From Candidatus Marinacidobacterales bacterium (GTDB lineage: Bacteria; Acidobacteriota; Vicinamibacteria; Marinacidobacterales; SMYC01): a stretch of DNA of 64,000 bases. Where the stretch lies: the NCBI GenBank assembly GCA_965262245.1, contig OZ253507.1:5319728-5383727 (forward strand), in the 5' to 3' direction. The number at the start of each line of letters is the position of its first letter. The stretch's first letter is position 1. The notes under the pieces are model-generated. The model made no database searches. It saw nothing but the letters and a program-made list of their open reading frames with translations, and was not told where the DNA came from. The position numbers were made by a program, and so were the translations under genes. Below are positions 17,837 through 27,682 of the stretch, in pieces.

Positions 17837-19496
17837 CGGTGAACGACGTCATCATCCCCGCGTGAAGGTGCTCGGCGATGTGGCAATGCGCCATCCATTC
17901 GCCGGGGTTCGTGATGTCGACGAGGATGTCCATCGTCGTGCCGACGGGAACGATAGCGGTATCTTTCCAAACGAGATTCTCGTTCGGGACGCCGTCGAGT
18001 GCTATGACGAGGAAGCGTTGGCCATGCACGTGGAACGGATGATTCATCGGGTGGATCGTTTTCGGGTTGTTGTAGATCCGAATCTTGACGACGTCTCCGA
18101 CCTCGAAGCTCCACTCGATATCCATGTTCTCTTTGCCCGTGTCGGGGTCGCGGAGCTTCCAGTGGATCTGCTCTGCGCTCGATAGCCAGTTCATCATCGG
18201 CATCGCGTCGTTCCATTCGATGGGCGGCGCGTAGAGCCCCGCTTCGAACTGCATGGCCTGAACGAGTTGCATCGGCAAGTTCTCGATCTCGAGCGTGAGC
18301 TCGAGGCTGTGGTCGACGGGCTTGTCGAAATATTGCCGGAAAGCGTCGATATCGGCCTTCACGTCTTCGTGCTCGCGGAGCTCGCCAAAGACTTCCGCGT
18401 GGCTCGCGGCGACACGCGTCTCGGCGACGTGCACCGTCCCCAGCAAATCCGTATGCGGGTGGAACTCGCCCATGAAGTCGTCGATGGCCTGGATGGAGTT
18501 CACGATCTCGCTATCGCCGGGCTCGTCGAAGAGAACTTCGACGATGTAGCGCTCTGCGGGTCCGAGAACGACGCTCTCCACCCACTCTTCGCGCTCGTAC
18601 TTGCTCACGTCCGAGCCGACGACCTTGACGCTCGCGCCGCCGAAGACGACGTTAAACGTGCGCGCGTTCGCGACGTTCGTCAGATAGAAGCGGACGACTT
18701 CGCCGCGCTCGACCGAGAGCTCGTATCCGGGTGCACCGTTGACGAGCATGACGTTTCCGAATCGTCCCATCAGCGCATGGGTCGCCGCGCGGTCCCCCCA
18801 CGGGAACGGCCCGAGATCATCCATCAAGATGTCGTCGAGGATGAGCGCTCGTTCCTTGTTGACCGGGTTGTAATAGTCGGCCTCGGGCGGTGTGACGAGC
18901 ATGTTCCCGTAGAGGCCGAGGTCTTGCTGGATGTCCTCGCGCACGTGCGGGTGGTACCAGTAAATTCCAGTATCCGGAAAATGGACTTCGTAGGTGAAGC
19001 GCTCGCCTGGTTTCACCGCCGGCTGCGTCACGTCGGGGACCCCATCGAAGCGGTTATCGAGCCGGAGCCCATGCCAATGCACCGTCGTCGGCATCTCGAT
19101 CTCGTTGACGAGCTCGACGATGACGGTCGCGCCCCGCTCCGCTTTGATGAGTGGACCTGGATATTGGCCGTTATAGCCATACATCAGAAACGTCTTGTCG
19201 TTGATGGTGCGGCGCACGATGCTCGCGCTCATCACTAGCTTTTCGCCGTCGGCCATCTCCACGATCTCGCCCGGCTTCGCTTCGGGAAACTGCGAGAGAT
19301 CGTCGGCGTCCATCCGCGCGAGGAACGGGCCGACAATCGGTACCGCGTCCGCAATACCCGGAAGGGGCGGCATGGGGTAATCGTGCGGCGGCATGCGCCA
19401 CGCTTTCGGATCGCCGCCCGACATGTTGTGATGCTCGTGCTGCGCCCACACGGTCGCGCACAGAGCCAGCGAGACAACGCTGAGCACGATTTTCAC
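17823..19496 (-). CDS. Multicopper oxidase (secreted)
   Basis: Motifs are HWHGL, WYHPHV and a C-terminal HPFHVHG..WMAHCHIAEHLHAGM. The start is placed at GTG 19494-19496 (VKIVLSVVSLALCATVWA signal), 2 nt after the upstream stop. Confidence 0.85.
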   Translation of the reverse strand: MKIVLSVVSLALCATVWAQHEHHNMSGGDPKAWRMPPHDYPMPPLPGIADAVPIVGPFLARMDADDLSQFPEAKPGEIVEMADGEKLVMSASIVRRTINDKTFLMYGYNGQYPGPLIKAERGATVIVELVNEIEMPTTVHWHGLRLDNRFDGVPDVTQPAVKPGERFTYEVHFPDTGIYWYHPHVREDIQQDLGLYGNMLVTPPEADYYNPVNKERALILDDILMDDLGPFPWGDRAATHALMGRFGNVMLVNGAPGYELSVERGEVVRFYLTNVANARTFNVVFGGASVKVVGSDVSKYEREEWVESVVLGPAERYIVEVLFDEPGDSEIVNSIQAIDDFMGEFHPHTDLLGTVHVAETRVAASHAEVFGELREHEDVKADIDAFRQYFDKPVDHSLELTLEIENLPMQLVQAMQFEAGLYAPPIEWNDAMPMMNWLSSAEQIHWKLRDPDTGKENMDIEWSFEVGDVVKIRIYNNPKTIHPMNHPFHVHGQRFLVIALDGVPNENLVWKDTAIVPVGTTMDILVDITNPGEWMAHCHIAEHLHAGMMTSFTVTEP

Positions 19497-19498
19497 GA

Positions 19499-20089
19499 TC
19501 AGAAACCGTACTTCGCGCAGGGCTCCGCTTGGTATGGGCCGTGGCCGGCGAGGGTGTGCATCATGCCGCTTCGTGACATGCCGCGCATCACGATCGGCCC
19601 GCTCCATTTCCCGGTCGGCGCGTCCGTCGGCTCGAGTGAGACGACGAGAAGAAACTTGTTCCAAGCCGCCTTACCCGAGACGCGGAAGTCGTCATCGAGC
19701 ACACCTAGCCGCGTCGTCTCCGACAAGTCATCCTTGGTGGCCCATGCGATCAGAAAACCCTTCTTGGGTTTCTTGATCCGTCGGAGCGTCATCGTAATGT
19801 CGACCATGTAAGTGCCGGATGGTGCCACGGCCACGCCGTAAGGCGAGCTCGAAAAGGTAACTTTGCCGAACCCCACGCCGTTGCCGGTCCCCTGAACACG
19901 CTTCGTCGGCACCATCTCGATCCCGTAATAGTTCGACGGAAGATCGGGAAGAGCCGTGGAACCCGCGGAAAATGTTGTCCTGCTGCACACGGCGCCGCCG
20001 AAACCAAAGGGCACGCTCCATGGAGACGAGGGGCGCTCCACGGCGCTCGCCGAAGCCGCCACCACGAAAAGCGCCAGCAGAAGTCTCAT
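19499..20089 (-). CDS. Secreted hypothetical protein
   Basis: The signal peptide is MRLLLALFVVAASASA. The gene is translationally coupled on both sides (an ATGA overlap with the LVIVD gene). Confidence 0.6.
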   Translation of the reverse strand: MRLLLALFVVAASASAVERPSSPWSVPFGFGGAVCSRTTFSAGSTALPDLPSNYYGIEMVPTKRVQGTGNGVGFGKVTFSSSPYGVAVAPSGTYMVDITMTLRRIKKPKKGFLIAWATKDDLSETTRLGVLDDDFRVSGKAAWNKFLLVVSLEPTDAPTGKWSGPIVMRGMSRSGMMHTLAGHGPYQAEPCAKYGF

Positions 20090-21417
20090 TGATTTCCGTC
20101 TGAGCCTGGGGCGGTTTTCCAGTCCTGGGCGCTCGAGATGTTGGGCATCCCCCAGTCCTCGCCCTTCCAGCCCTGGAAGCCCTCCATTCGGAAGACCCAG
20201 AAGCCGGTGGTCATATCACTCACGACGATGAGACCATCTTCGTTGCGCACATCCACGCCGAACGCACCGTTGAACATCGCGTAGCGCTCCGTGTTGGGCG
20301 GGCCGGTATAAGTATCGTAGTACGCCACCGTCGTCGGGTTCGTCGGGTCCATCAAGCTGAAGACCTGGAGTCCATCGAGATATCCGGAGACGAACACGTA
20401 GGGCCAACGGATCTCGTGGTTGTGAGCGAGGTTCTTCCAATCGGCGGTCCAGGCGCCGATCGGCTTCGAGATCGTCTCGACTTCCTTGTCGAGCCCTGGC
20501 TTGAGGTCGAAAACGCGAAGCGGCGCGTATTGATACTCCGTTTCGGCGATGACATAGCGGCCGTCGGGCGTGGGCGTGAACGTGTGACCGTTTTTGACAC
20601 CCCTTATGCCGGTGAGCGAGACGAGAAGCTTGGGCTCTTCGAGATCGGTAACGTTATAGACGTAGTAGCCGCCCGTGCCGCCTCCGTAGAAACGATCTTC
20701 GGCGGAATCCGGATGATAGCCGGCGTAGAAGTCATGATAGCCGCGACGCTCGCTCTCGGAGTTCGGGACCGGCACTTTGGCGACGAGCGCGTTCTCCAGA
20801 TCACCTTCGACAACACGGCCGAGATCGTATACGTGCGAGAACGGCCCGGAAATCGTCGTAAAGAGCAAGACGGCTCCGTTGCTGTGCTTGTAGATAAAAA
20901 TATTGTGGAAGCCGCCGGGGTGGTCCGGTTCACGGATGCGAGCGACTTCTTTGACCGTCGTAGGATCCGGCAGGCCCGTCACGTCGAGCACGACGGCGCC
21001 CAGGTCGTTATCCGGTCCGCCCTGGCGAAACTGAAGCGACTGCACCACGTAGTAGCGATCCTTGTACTTGAAGTGCTTGACGTCCATGCCACCTGTTCCC
21101 AAGTGCAGGTCTTGGTCCTCGATACGCCAGGAATAGATGCGCTTCGCTTTCTGGGGGTCGCTGATATCAATGATGTCGAGGCCCTTGTCGCCTTCGGTGC
21201 CGTAAACCATGCGGCCCACATAGGCGAAAGGACGATCCATCTCCTGTTCGAGGTCGACGTCGGAGACGCTGAGGCGCGGGCCGAGCGGGAGGTGGGACAA
21301 GACTTCAATGTTGTCGCTTCCGGGCTTTTCAGCGGTCCACTGAGCGGAAGCCGCGGAAGCCGTACCCGCAAAGGACAAAACAACGACAAGAATTCCAACA
21401 ATTTGGCGGATGAACAT
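20086..21417 (-). CDS. Secreted LVIVD-repeat-like beta-propeller protein
   Basis: A signal peptide is followed by repeated motifs (LDIIDISDP, AVVLDVTGLPDP, YYVYNVTDLEEP, LRVFDLKPG, LQVFSLMDP). Confidence 0.6.
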   Translation of the reverse strand: MFIRQIVGILVVVLSFAGTASAASAQWTAEKPGSDNIEVLSHLPLGPRLSVSDVDLEQEMDRPFAYVGRMVYGTEGDKGLDIIDISDPQKAKRIYSWRIEDQDLHLGTGGMDVKHFKYKDRYYVVQSLQFRQGGPDNDLGAVVLDVTGLPDPTTVKEVARIREPDHPGGFHNIFIYKHSNGAVLLFTTISGPFSHVYDLGRVVEGDLENALVAKVPVPNSESERRGYHDFYAGYHPDSAEDRFYGGGTGGYYVYNVTDLEEPKLLVSLTGIRGVKNGHTFTPTPDGRYVIAETEYQYAPLRVFDLKPGLDKEVETISKPIGAWTADWKNLAHNHEIRWPYVFVSGYLDGLQVFSLMDPTNPTTVAYYDTYTGPPNTERYAMFNGAFGVDVRNEDGLIVVSDMTTGFWVFRMEGFQGWKGEDWGMPNISSAQDWKTAPGSDGNQ

Positions 21418-21496
21418 TTTGTAAACCTAGCCTCCAAAGGCGGATTGACGTTTTCGTCTACATTCTATAATAACGTGGTCCGAGAGAGGTAAAGCC

Positions 21497-23542
21497 ATGA
21501 TTAAGCTCTTGCTCCTGGCGTCGCTTGCCATCCGCACCGGCCTCGCCATCGACGGTCAGGGAAACGCACACCTTGACGCTATCATTATTATAGAGGGCGA
21601 CAAAATCACGTCTTTCGGCTCCGGCGAGCCTCCCGAGGGGACGGAGATCATCGACCTCCGTGGCTACACCGTGCTTCCGGGCCTCATCGACAGCCACGTT
21701 CACATCACCACCCATTTTGGCCGCGACGAGGCACGGCCCTCTCTCAGCTCGCTTTGGGGGGCCTATAGCGCGCGCACCTTGCTCGAGCACGGCTTCACCA
21801 CGGTGCGAACGCTGGGAAGCCCGCGCTACGAAGACATCGATCTTCGCGACGCCATCAACGAAGGACTCGTGCCAGGCCCAAGGCTTCTCGTCTCGGGGCG
21901 GTCCATCTCCGACCGCGAGGCCCCGGGAGCCGAAGGGGACGCTGTCCAAAAAGGCGCCGAGCCCGCCAACGAAGCGCTCTTGCGCGCGGCAGTACAAAAG
22001 CGCCTCGAGTCCCGCGTCGACTGGGTCAAAGTCTTCGCGACGCGCAGCAGCCGGGCAGGCGGGACGGCAACCCATTCGCGCGAACAGCTGGAATGGGCGA
22101 TGGACGAAGCAACAAAGGCCGGGATTCCGGTCTCCACCCACGCGCATGCGCCCGAAGGCGCGCGGCGCGCGATCCTCGCCGGCACGCGCACGCTCGAGCA
22201 CGGGGCGCTTCTGACCGATGACGTCCTCGACCTCATGGTGGAGCGCAACATCTACTACTCCCCCAACCTCTATCTCGGCGAGTACTACATCCTGCACGGC
22301 GCGAAATTCGGCTTTTCGGAGGAAGCGCTCGAATGGACGGCGAAGTTTCTCCCCGTGCGCACTGAGGTTTTCACGCACGCGGTCGAAAAAGGCGTCCCTA
22401 TCATCTTCAGCACCGACGCCAATGCCGGATGGGTGTGGTCGGGCGAGACGGCGAAAGAGTTCGAGCGGCGCTTGGCCGCGGGACAGTCGGAAAAAGACGC
22501 GATCGTGAGCACGACGTCGCGCGCCGCCGAAGCGCTCTTGCTGTCCGATCGCGTGGGTGACCTCAAAGCCGGGCTGCAAGCGGACATCGTCGCCGTCGCG
22601 GGCAATCCGCTCGAAGACATCACGGCACTCGGAAACGTCGTCTTCGTGATGAAAGCCGGCAAGGTGTTCCGCCCGGCGCCCGAGCTTCGAAACGGCTCGT
22701 TCAGCACCGAGCTCAACGGCTTCGACATCCATTACGAGGTGCGCGGCAAAGGTCCCGTGCTCATGACCGTTCCGAACTCGTGGGGGCTCTCGCTCGACGG
22801 ACTGCGCGCCACCTATCGGCCGCTCGAGCGATACGTCACGATGGTCTACTTCGACCCGCGCGGCATGGGCGCTTCGGGCGAGGCCAAAACAAGCGAGGAC
22901 CTAGGGGCCGCGGCCGTGCGCCTCGACTTTCACGCGCTCCGCGAGCATTTGGGACTTTCCAAAGTAAACGCGATCGGCTGGTCGAACGGCGCGTCGAATC
23001 TCATGCTGCTCGCCGCAGAGTATCCGGAAACGATCGACGCCGCGATTTTCCTCCATGGAAACGCCACGTTCACGCCCGAGGACGCTAAGACCATGAGCGA
23101 ACGCTTCCCAACGCTGATGCAAGAATTCGGGCGCTTTCAAAAAGAGATGGACGCCGCCGAGCTCACGGTGGTAGAGCAGGCGGCGCGTGTCCGCACGTTC
23201 GACACCGAAATCTGGTTTCCCTACATGCTCGCCGAGCCCGACAAGAACAGGAAGCTCTTGCGGGAGCTCTTTCGCAATACCGAGTTCAGCTGGGCGCACG
23301 CACAATATGCCAACGTGGAATGGCCCGCATTCGACGCCCGCGACGACCTCACCAAGATCACCGCCCGGAGCCTCGTCATCAGCGGTGCTCATGACATTTT
23401 GCCTCCGGAAAAAGGCCGTGAAGTCAGCGCCGGCATCGCCGACGCGCGTTTCGAGCTCTTTACCGCGAGCGGCCACTTCGCGCCGCTCGAAGAGCGCGAG
23501 AAGTTCGTGGACGTCGTCGTAGCGTTCCTGGAGGGCCGGTAG
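21497..23542 (+). CDS. Fusion protein: metal-dependent amidohydrolase (N) plus alpha/beta hydrolase (C)
   Basis: The N-terminal ~400 aa carry LPGLIDSHVH.. and ..ADIVAVAGNPLEDI. The C-terminal ~270 aa carry VLMTVPNSWG, IGWSNGA (GxSxG-like) and SGHFAPLEE. Confidence 0.75.
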   Translation: MIKLLLLASLAIRTGLAIDGQGNAHLDAIIIIEGDKITSFGSGEPPEGTEIIDLRGYTVLPGLIDSHVHITTHFGRDEARPSLSSLWGAYSARTLLEHGFTTVRTLGSPRYEDIDLRDAINEGLVPGPRLLVSGRSISDREAPGAEGDAVQKGAEPANEALLRAAVQKRLESRVDWVKVFATRSSRAGGTATHSREQLEWAMDEATKAGIPVSTHAHAPEGARRAILAGTRTLEHGALLTDDVLDLMVERNIYYSPNLYLGEYYILHGAKFGFSEEALEWTAKFLPVRTEVFTHAVEKGVPIIFSTDANAGWVWSGETAKEFERRLAAGQSEKDAIVSTTSRAAEALLLSDRVGDLKAGLQADIVAVAGNPLEDITALGNVVFVMKAGKVFRPAPELRNGSFSTELNGFDIHYEVRGKGPVLMTVPNSWGLSLDGLRATYRPLERYVTMVYFDPRGMGASGEAKTSEDLGAAAVRLDFHALREHLGLSKVNAIGWSNGASNLMLLAAEYPETIDAAIFLHGNATFTPEDAKTMSERFPTLMQEFGRFQKEMDAAELTVVEQAARVRTFDTEIWFPYMLAEPDKNRKLLRELFRNTEFSWAHAQYANVEWPAFDARDDLTKITARSLVISGAHDILPPEKGREVSAGIADARFELFTASGHFAPLEEREKFVDVVVAFLEGR

Positions 23543-23555
23543 ACCTTTTGCTCTA

Positions 23556-23699
23556 CTGACCAACGAACGCGGTATCCCTGTGTCTGTATCCGTCTTCGAG
23601 GGCAACTCGGGCGATCCCAAAACGCTCTTGCCTCAGATAGAAAAGGTGCAAGAGCGGTTCGGAATCGAGCAGTTTGTGATGGTGGGCGACCGCGGGATG
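23556..23699 (+). pseudogene. Internal fragment of an IS1634-like transposase
   Basis: LLTNERGIPVSVSVFEGNSGDPKTLLPQIEKVQERFGIEQFVMVGDRGM aligns with the second copy at 63500-63650 (GLVTDERGCPVAVSVFAGNESDSTTLMPQVEMVRNRFGIKTLVLVGDRGM). Confidence 0.75.
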
Positions 23700-24229
23700 A
23701 AGGTCATAGAGCGCGAGGCCGTCGTTTTGGAGATGGCGCGCCGCGAGTTTCTTTTCGATGACCTCCTGGCGTTCGAGAACCCAGTCCATGGCGGCATAGA
23801 GATCGTCTTCGTCGGCGTCGCTCACCCCAGGATTTCGGGCAGTGTGGTTGTGTGCCACCACAGGCTAGTCGCCAGCTTCGACTGCGGTTCGAGGATCCGC
23901 GCGGCTACCATGGCCATGACCAAATCCCGCTCTCGTGAGTGTCGAGAGCCAACGAGTTTTTCGAAACCGAGCTGTCTCATGGCGCTGAGCACCGCATCGA
24001 CGTGGCCATGGAGCCGGGAGCCGTTCTCGACGATTTCGAAGGCATCTTCGAGCGAAACGAGCTTCTCCCCTTTGAGAATGCGTTTAATGGCGTCGACTGC
24101 GTCCATGGGCAATTTGGACAAGTTAGCAAGCGTGCGCTTGCGGACGTTTCCACCCACCCGATAGGACTCACGCAGCAGGACGGCAGGCTTAGAGTTGCGA
24201 TTGGGGATGATGTGGATATGCATGCCCAC
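23700..24229 (-). pseudogene. N-terminal ~176 aa of an IS1634-like transposase
   Basis: MGMHIHIIPNRNSKPAVLLRESYRVGGNVRKRTLANLSKLP... through ..LALYDL parallels the copy at 61448. One frame break lies near 23830-23860. Confidence 0.75.
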
Positions 24230-24398
24230 TATAATAGCATTAACAATGTTAATAACCTACGGCTATTCTATTAATTACATGCCTATATATTGTCCGCCAA
24301 AATTAGCCCCCGACGTCCCTAAAGACGCGTAATCATTGGGGATTCAAACAGTCAGTGGTTCTTTCGACCAGGGAACTTCAGGCTAGTGGGTCGATTGG

Positions 24399-26215
24399 AT
24401 GACGGAGCTCAAATTTGGACGTTACGAGGTGGAGGCCGAGATCGGCCAGGGCGCGATGGGCAAGGTTTACCGGGCGCTCGACCCGCTCAGCGACCGTAAA
24501 GTCGCGATCAATACGCTCAAAGACGATATCGTAGCGCAGGACAAAACCGGCGAATGCGTCAAGCGCTTTCAACGTGAGGCGCGCGCGGCAGGCGGCTTGT
24601 CCCATCCCAACATCATCAAGGTCTTCGACGTGGGGGAGAACTACTACGTCATGGAATACCTGGAGGGTAAAGATCTCCTGACGCTCTTGCACGAAAAAGG
24701 TACTTTCACGCTCGACGAAACGCTCTCGATCGTGGCGCCCATCGCCGACGCCCTCGCCTATGCGCACGAACGCGGTGTGTACCATCGCGACGTCAAGCCG
24801 GCGAACATCATGGTTTTTCCCGACGGTCGTACGATCATCACCGATTTCGGTCTCGCGCATCTCGAATCCTCGGTGATGACGACCGCCGGTCAGTTTCTAG
24901 GCTCGCCGTCTTACATGTCGCCCGAGCAAGTCATCGGCGGCGAGCTCACTTCGCGCGCGGATCTCTATTCCCTCGCGGTCGTGACCTACGAAATGCTCAC
25001 CGGCGAAAAACCGTTTCCCGGAAAGAACATCACGACCGTTGTTTACAAAAGAGTAAACACTCCGCCGGTGCCGCCGCACCAACTGAACGCCCGACTCCCC
25101 TCGGAATACGAGCACATTTTCGCGAAAGCGCTCGCCAAAGAGCCCGAGCAACGATTCGCGAAGTTCTCGGAGCTCGTCTCGGCGTTGAACCTCGAGCAGT
25201 TCGACCGCCTGGAGATCGGAGCGACAGAGGACGAGCCAACCTTGGTGCAGCTCGATGACGACGAGGAGACGTTGCAGCTTCCAATTCCCGCGGCGGAGTC
25301 GCGGTCGAGCGTTACCGAGCGGAAGCCAAAGCACCGGGCACTAATGTTGCCGATGATGATGAGCCAACAACAAAAGCTCATCGCTGCAGGCGCCGCGGTG
25401 GCCCTGGCGGCTTTCATCGGGCTTTTTGCTCTCTTCGCGCCAGACCCCTTGGCGGAAGGCGTCGTGATCGAGACGGATCCTGTCGAGGCCAACGTCTTTC
25501 TCAATGGGGAGCTCCTGGGGATTTCGCCCATAGAGCTGCCGCCGATGGCGTTTGGCGCGCATGATGTGCGCGTCGAAAAAGAAGGCTTTCTTCCTCTCGA
25601 GGATCGATTCGAGCTCATCGCAGGCGCCGCCATCGAGCCTCTGATCTTCGCGCTTCAAAGCGCACGGATCAGCTTGTTCCTGGAATCGGTGCCCGCGGGC
25701 GCCGCGGTGACGATCGACGGGGAACACTCCGGCCAAACGCCTCTCGAGGATGTCGAGCTCGAGCCGGGACAACACGAGATCCAAGTCTCGCGCAGGGGCT
25801 ACAACTCCTGGCGCCGTGTGCTCGTGGCGGAAGCGGGAGAAAGTGTCAACCTCGTAGCTCGCCTGCGGGCGCGCGCCGTGCGCACCGCGAAGAAAGCAAG
25901 TGCGGCCTCGAGCACGCCAGCAGGGCTCGTCGAGCTCGGGCCGGACGACACGCCCGCGAAACACATCTCGGCAGGGCGCCGGGCTACCCGCCGATGGCGC
26001 GCAAGCTCAAGCAGCAAGGACGCGTCACTATCGAGTTCGTCGTCACCGAAGAGGGCGTTCCGAACGAGCTCGTCGTTATCGAATCCGCGGGCGCGATATT
26101 GGATAAGGCGGTGCTCGACTCGCTCCGCAAATGGCGCTACGAACCGGCCAAGAGGAACAACGAGCCGGTGCGCGTGAAGATACGCGTGCGCCAGCACTTC
26201 AAGCTAACCCGTTAA
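24399..26215 (+). CDS. Ser/Thr protein kinase with a TM segment, PEGA-like repeats and a TonB C-terminal domain; one frameshift near 25970
   Basis: Kinase motifs are GQGAMGKVY, HRDVKPANIM, DFGLA and SPEQ. PEGA-like motifs are VETDPVEANVFLNGELLG and ESVPAGAAVTIDGEHSG. The tail APGYPPMARKLKQQGRVTIEFVV..RKWRYEPA is TonB_C in the other frame. Confidence 0.75.
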
Positions 26216-26223
26216 CGCGTTCT

Positions 26224-27105
26224 TCAGCCTAATGGCAGTGAACCATCCACCGGATGGACGAGCTCCGGATGCAGTAGATGCGCGAGAAGCTCCACGCCGT
26301 TAGCCAAGCGCGGGCCCGGACGCGAGAAGTAGCTATTCGCATCGACCGCAAAGACGCGGGCGTTCAATCCCTTCGGAACCGACGTCTTCCGCCACTCCGA
26401 AGCTGCCTGCTCGAGGCCGTACCCACAAGGCATCACTACGACGACCTCGGGCTTGGCGTCGAGGAGGCCGTCCCAGTCGACGCGAAAGGACGGCTTCTCC
26501 GGAGACCCGAGAACATCGTCACCGCCGGCAAGCGCTACCATCTCGGGTACCCAATGGCCCGCCACCATGGGCGGGTCGGTCCACTCGAGACAAACAACGC
26601 GCGGGCGCCCGGGCGCTTTGGCGACGAACGCTTCGACGGCATCGATCCTGGCGCGCAATCCGTCGACGAGCTCGCGCGCCGTGTCCTGGCGCTCGGTCAC
26701 CTCCCCCACCGCGAGGATGTCCTTCCACACTTCTTCGATGCGATGCGGGTGCAGCGACAGAACCCGAGGCTGCACCGCGAGCCCACGAAGCGCCGACGCG
26801 AGATCACCCGGCGTAGCCGCACACACGTTGCAAAGCTCCTGCGTCACGATCAAGTCCGGCTCACCTTTGCGAAGCGCCTCGCTCTCGACTTTGTAGAGAC
26901 TTTCGCCCCGCGAGAGATATTCGCGCACGAGCTTGTCGATCTCGCCGGGATCCGCCGTTGCCGGAAGCCGTGAGTTCACGACGATAGGCTTCTCCTTGAC
27001 CGGCGGAGGAAAATCGCATTCGTAAGTGACGCCCACGAGCGCGTCGACGAGACCGAGCGCGGCGACGATTTCGGTGCCGGAAGGAAGGAGTGAGCAAATG
27101 CGCAT
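26224..27105 (-). CDS. Periplasmic-binding-protein type 2 (cobalamin / Fe-siderophore type) substrate-binding protein, no obvious signal peptide
   Basis: Motifs are SLLPSGTEIVAALGLVDALVGVTYECDFP, PDLIVTQELCNVC and DANSYFSRPGPR. Confidence 0.65.
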   Translation of the reverse strand: MRICSLLPSGTEIVAALGLVDALVGVTYECDFPPPVKEKPIVVNSRLPATADPGEIDKLVREYLSRGESLYKVESEALRKGEPDLIVTQELCNVCAATPGDLASALRGLAVQPRVLSLHPHRIEEVWKDILAVGEVTERQDTARELVDGLRARIDAVEAFVAKAPGRPRVVCLEWTDPPMVAGHWVPEMVALAGGDDVLGSPEKPSFRVDWDGLLDAKPEVVVVMPCGYGLEQAASEWRKTSVPKGLNARVFAVDANSYFSRPGPRLANGVELLAHLLHPELVHPVDGSLPLG

Positions 27106-27113
27106 GACGCAGT

Positions 27114-27682
27114 TTATCGCCGGGCGTCGACGCGTCGCAAAAGGTCCGCAAAGACGAAGCCGTCACGCTCGACGGTCTCGCCGACGGTGCAGGGCACCGG
27201 CTCCGAGAAACACGGCCCCGCCCAGGCGAACGTGTGAAACTCGCCTCTCTCGCCGCACGGGTCGCAATCATCTCGCGCGACAAGACGCGGGTATCGCGGC
27301 CCCACAGCGGAAAAAGAGGCTCGATGTCCGTCATGCGAAACAAATTTTCTCGGTAGCTCCGCACATCTTCCAGAAAAATATCTCCGAACGCCATGAGCTC
27401 GATGCCCTCCCGCACCGCAACGTCGATCGTGCGGTGGAAGGCGGCCTCGTACTCCTCGTTCGAGCAAGGATGCGGGATGGGCACGACGCGGAGCTCGAGC
27501 CCGGCTGCACGGGCCTGGTCTTCGAGGAGCTCGCGGCGGACGGCGTGCATGGCGACCCGATCGAAGCGCTCGTTCACCGTCGTGACGAGTGCTACGACCT
27601 CGACGTCCGCTCGCTGGCGCAGCTCGTGGAGCGTCCACGCGCTGTCCTTCCCGCTGCTCCACCAAAGCCACACGCGCTTCAT
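27114..27682 (-). pseudogene. Dph6/MJ0570-like ATP pyrophosphatase (adenine nucleotide alpha-hydrolase) with an internal out-of-frame deletion
   Basis: The N-part MKRVWLWWSSGKDSAW..LSREMI is in one frame and the C-part DPCGERGEFHTFAWAGPCF..RDGFVFADL is in another. About 40 expected residues between them are absent. Confidence 0.6.
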
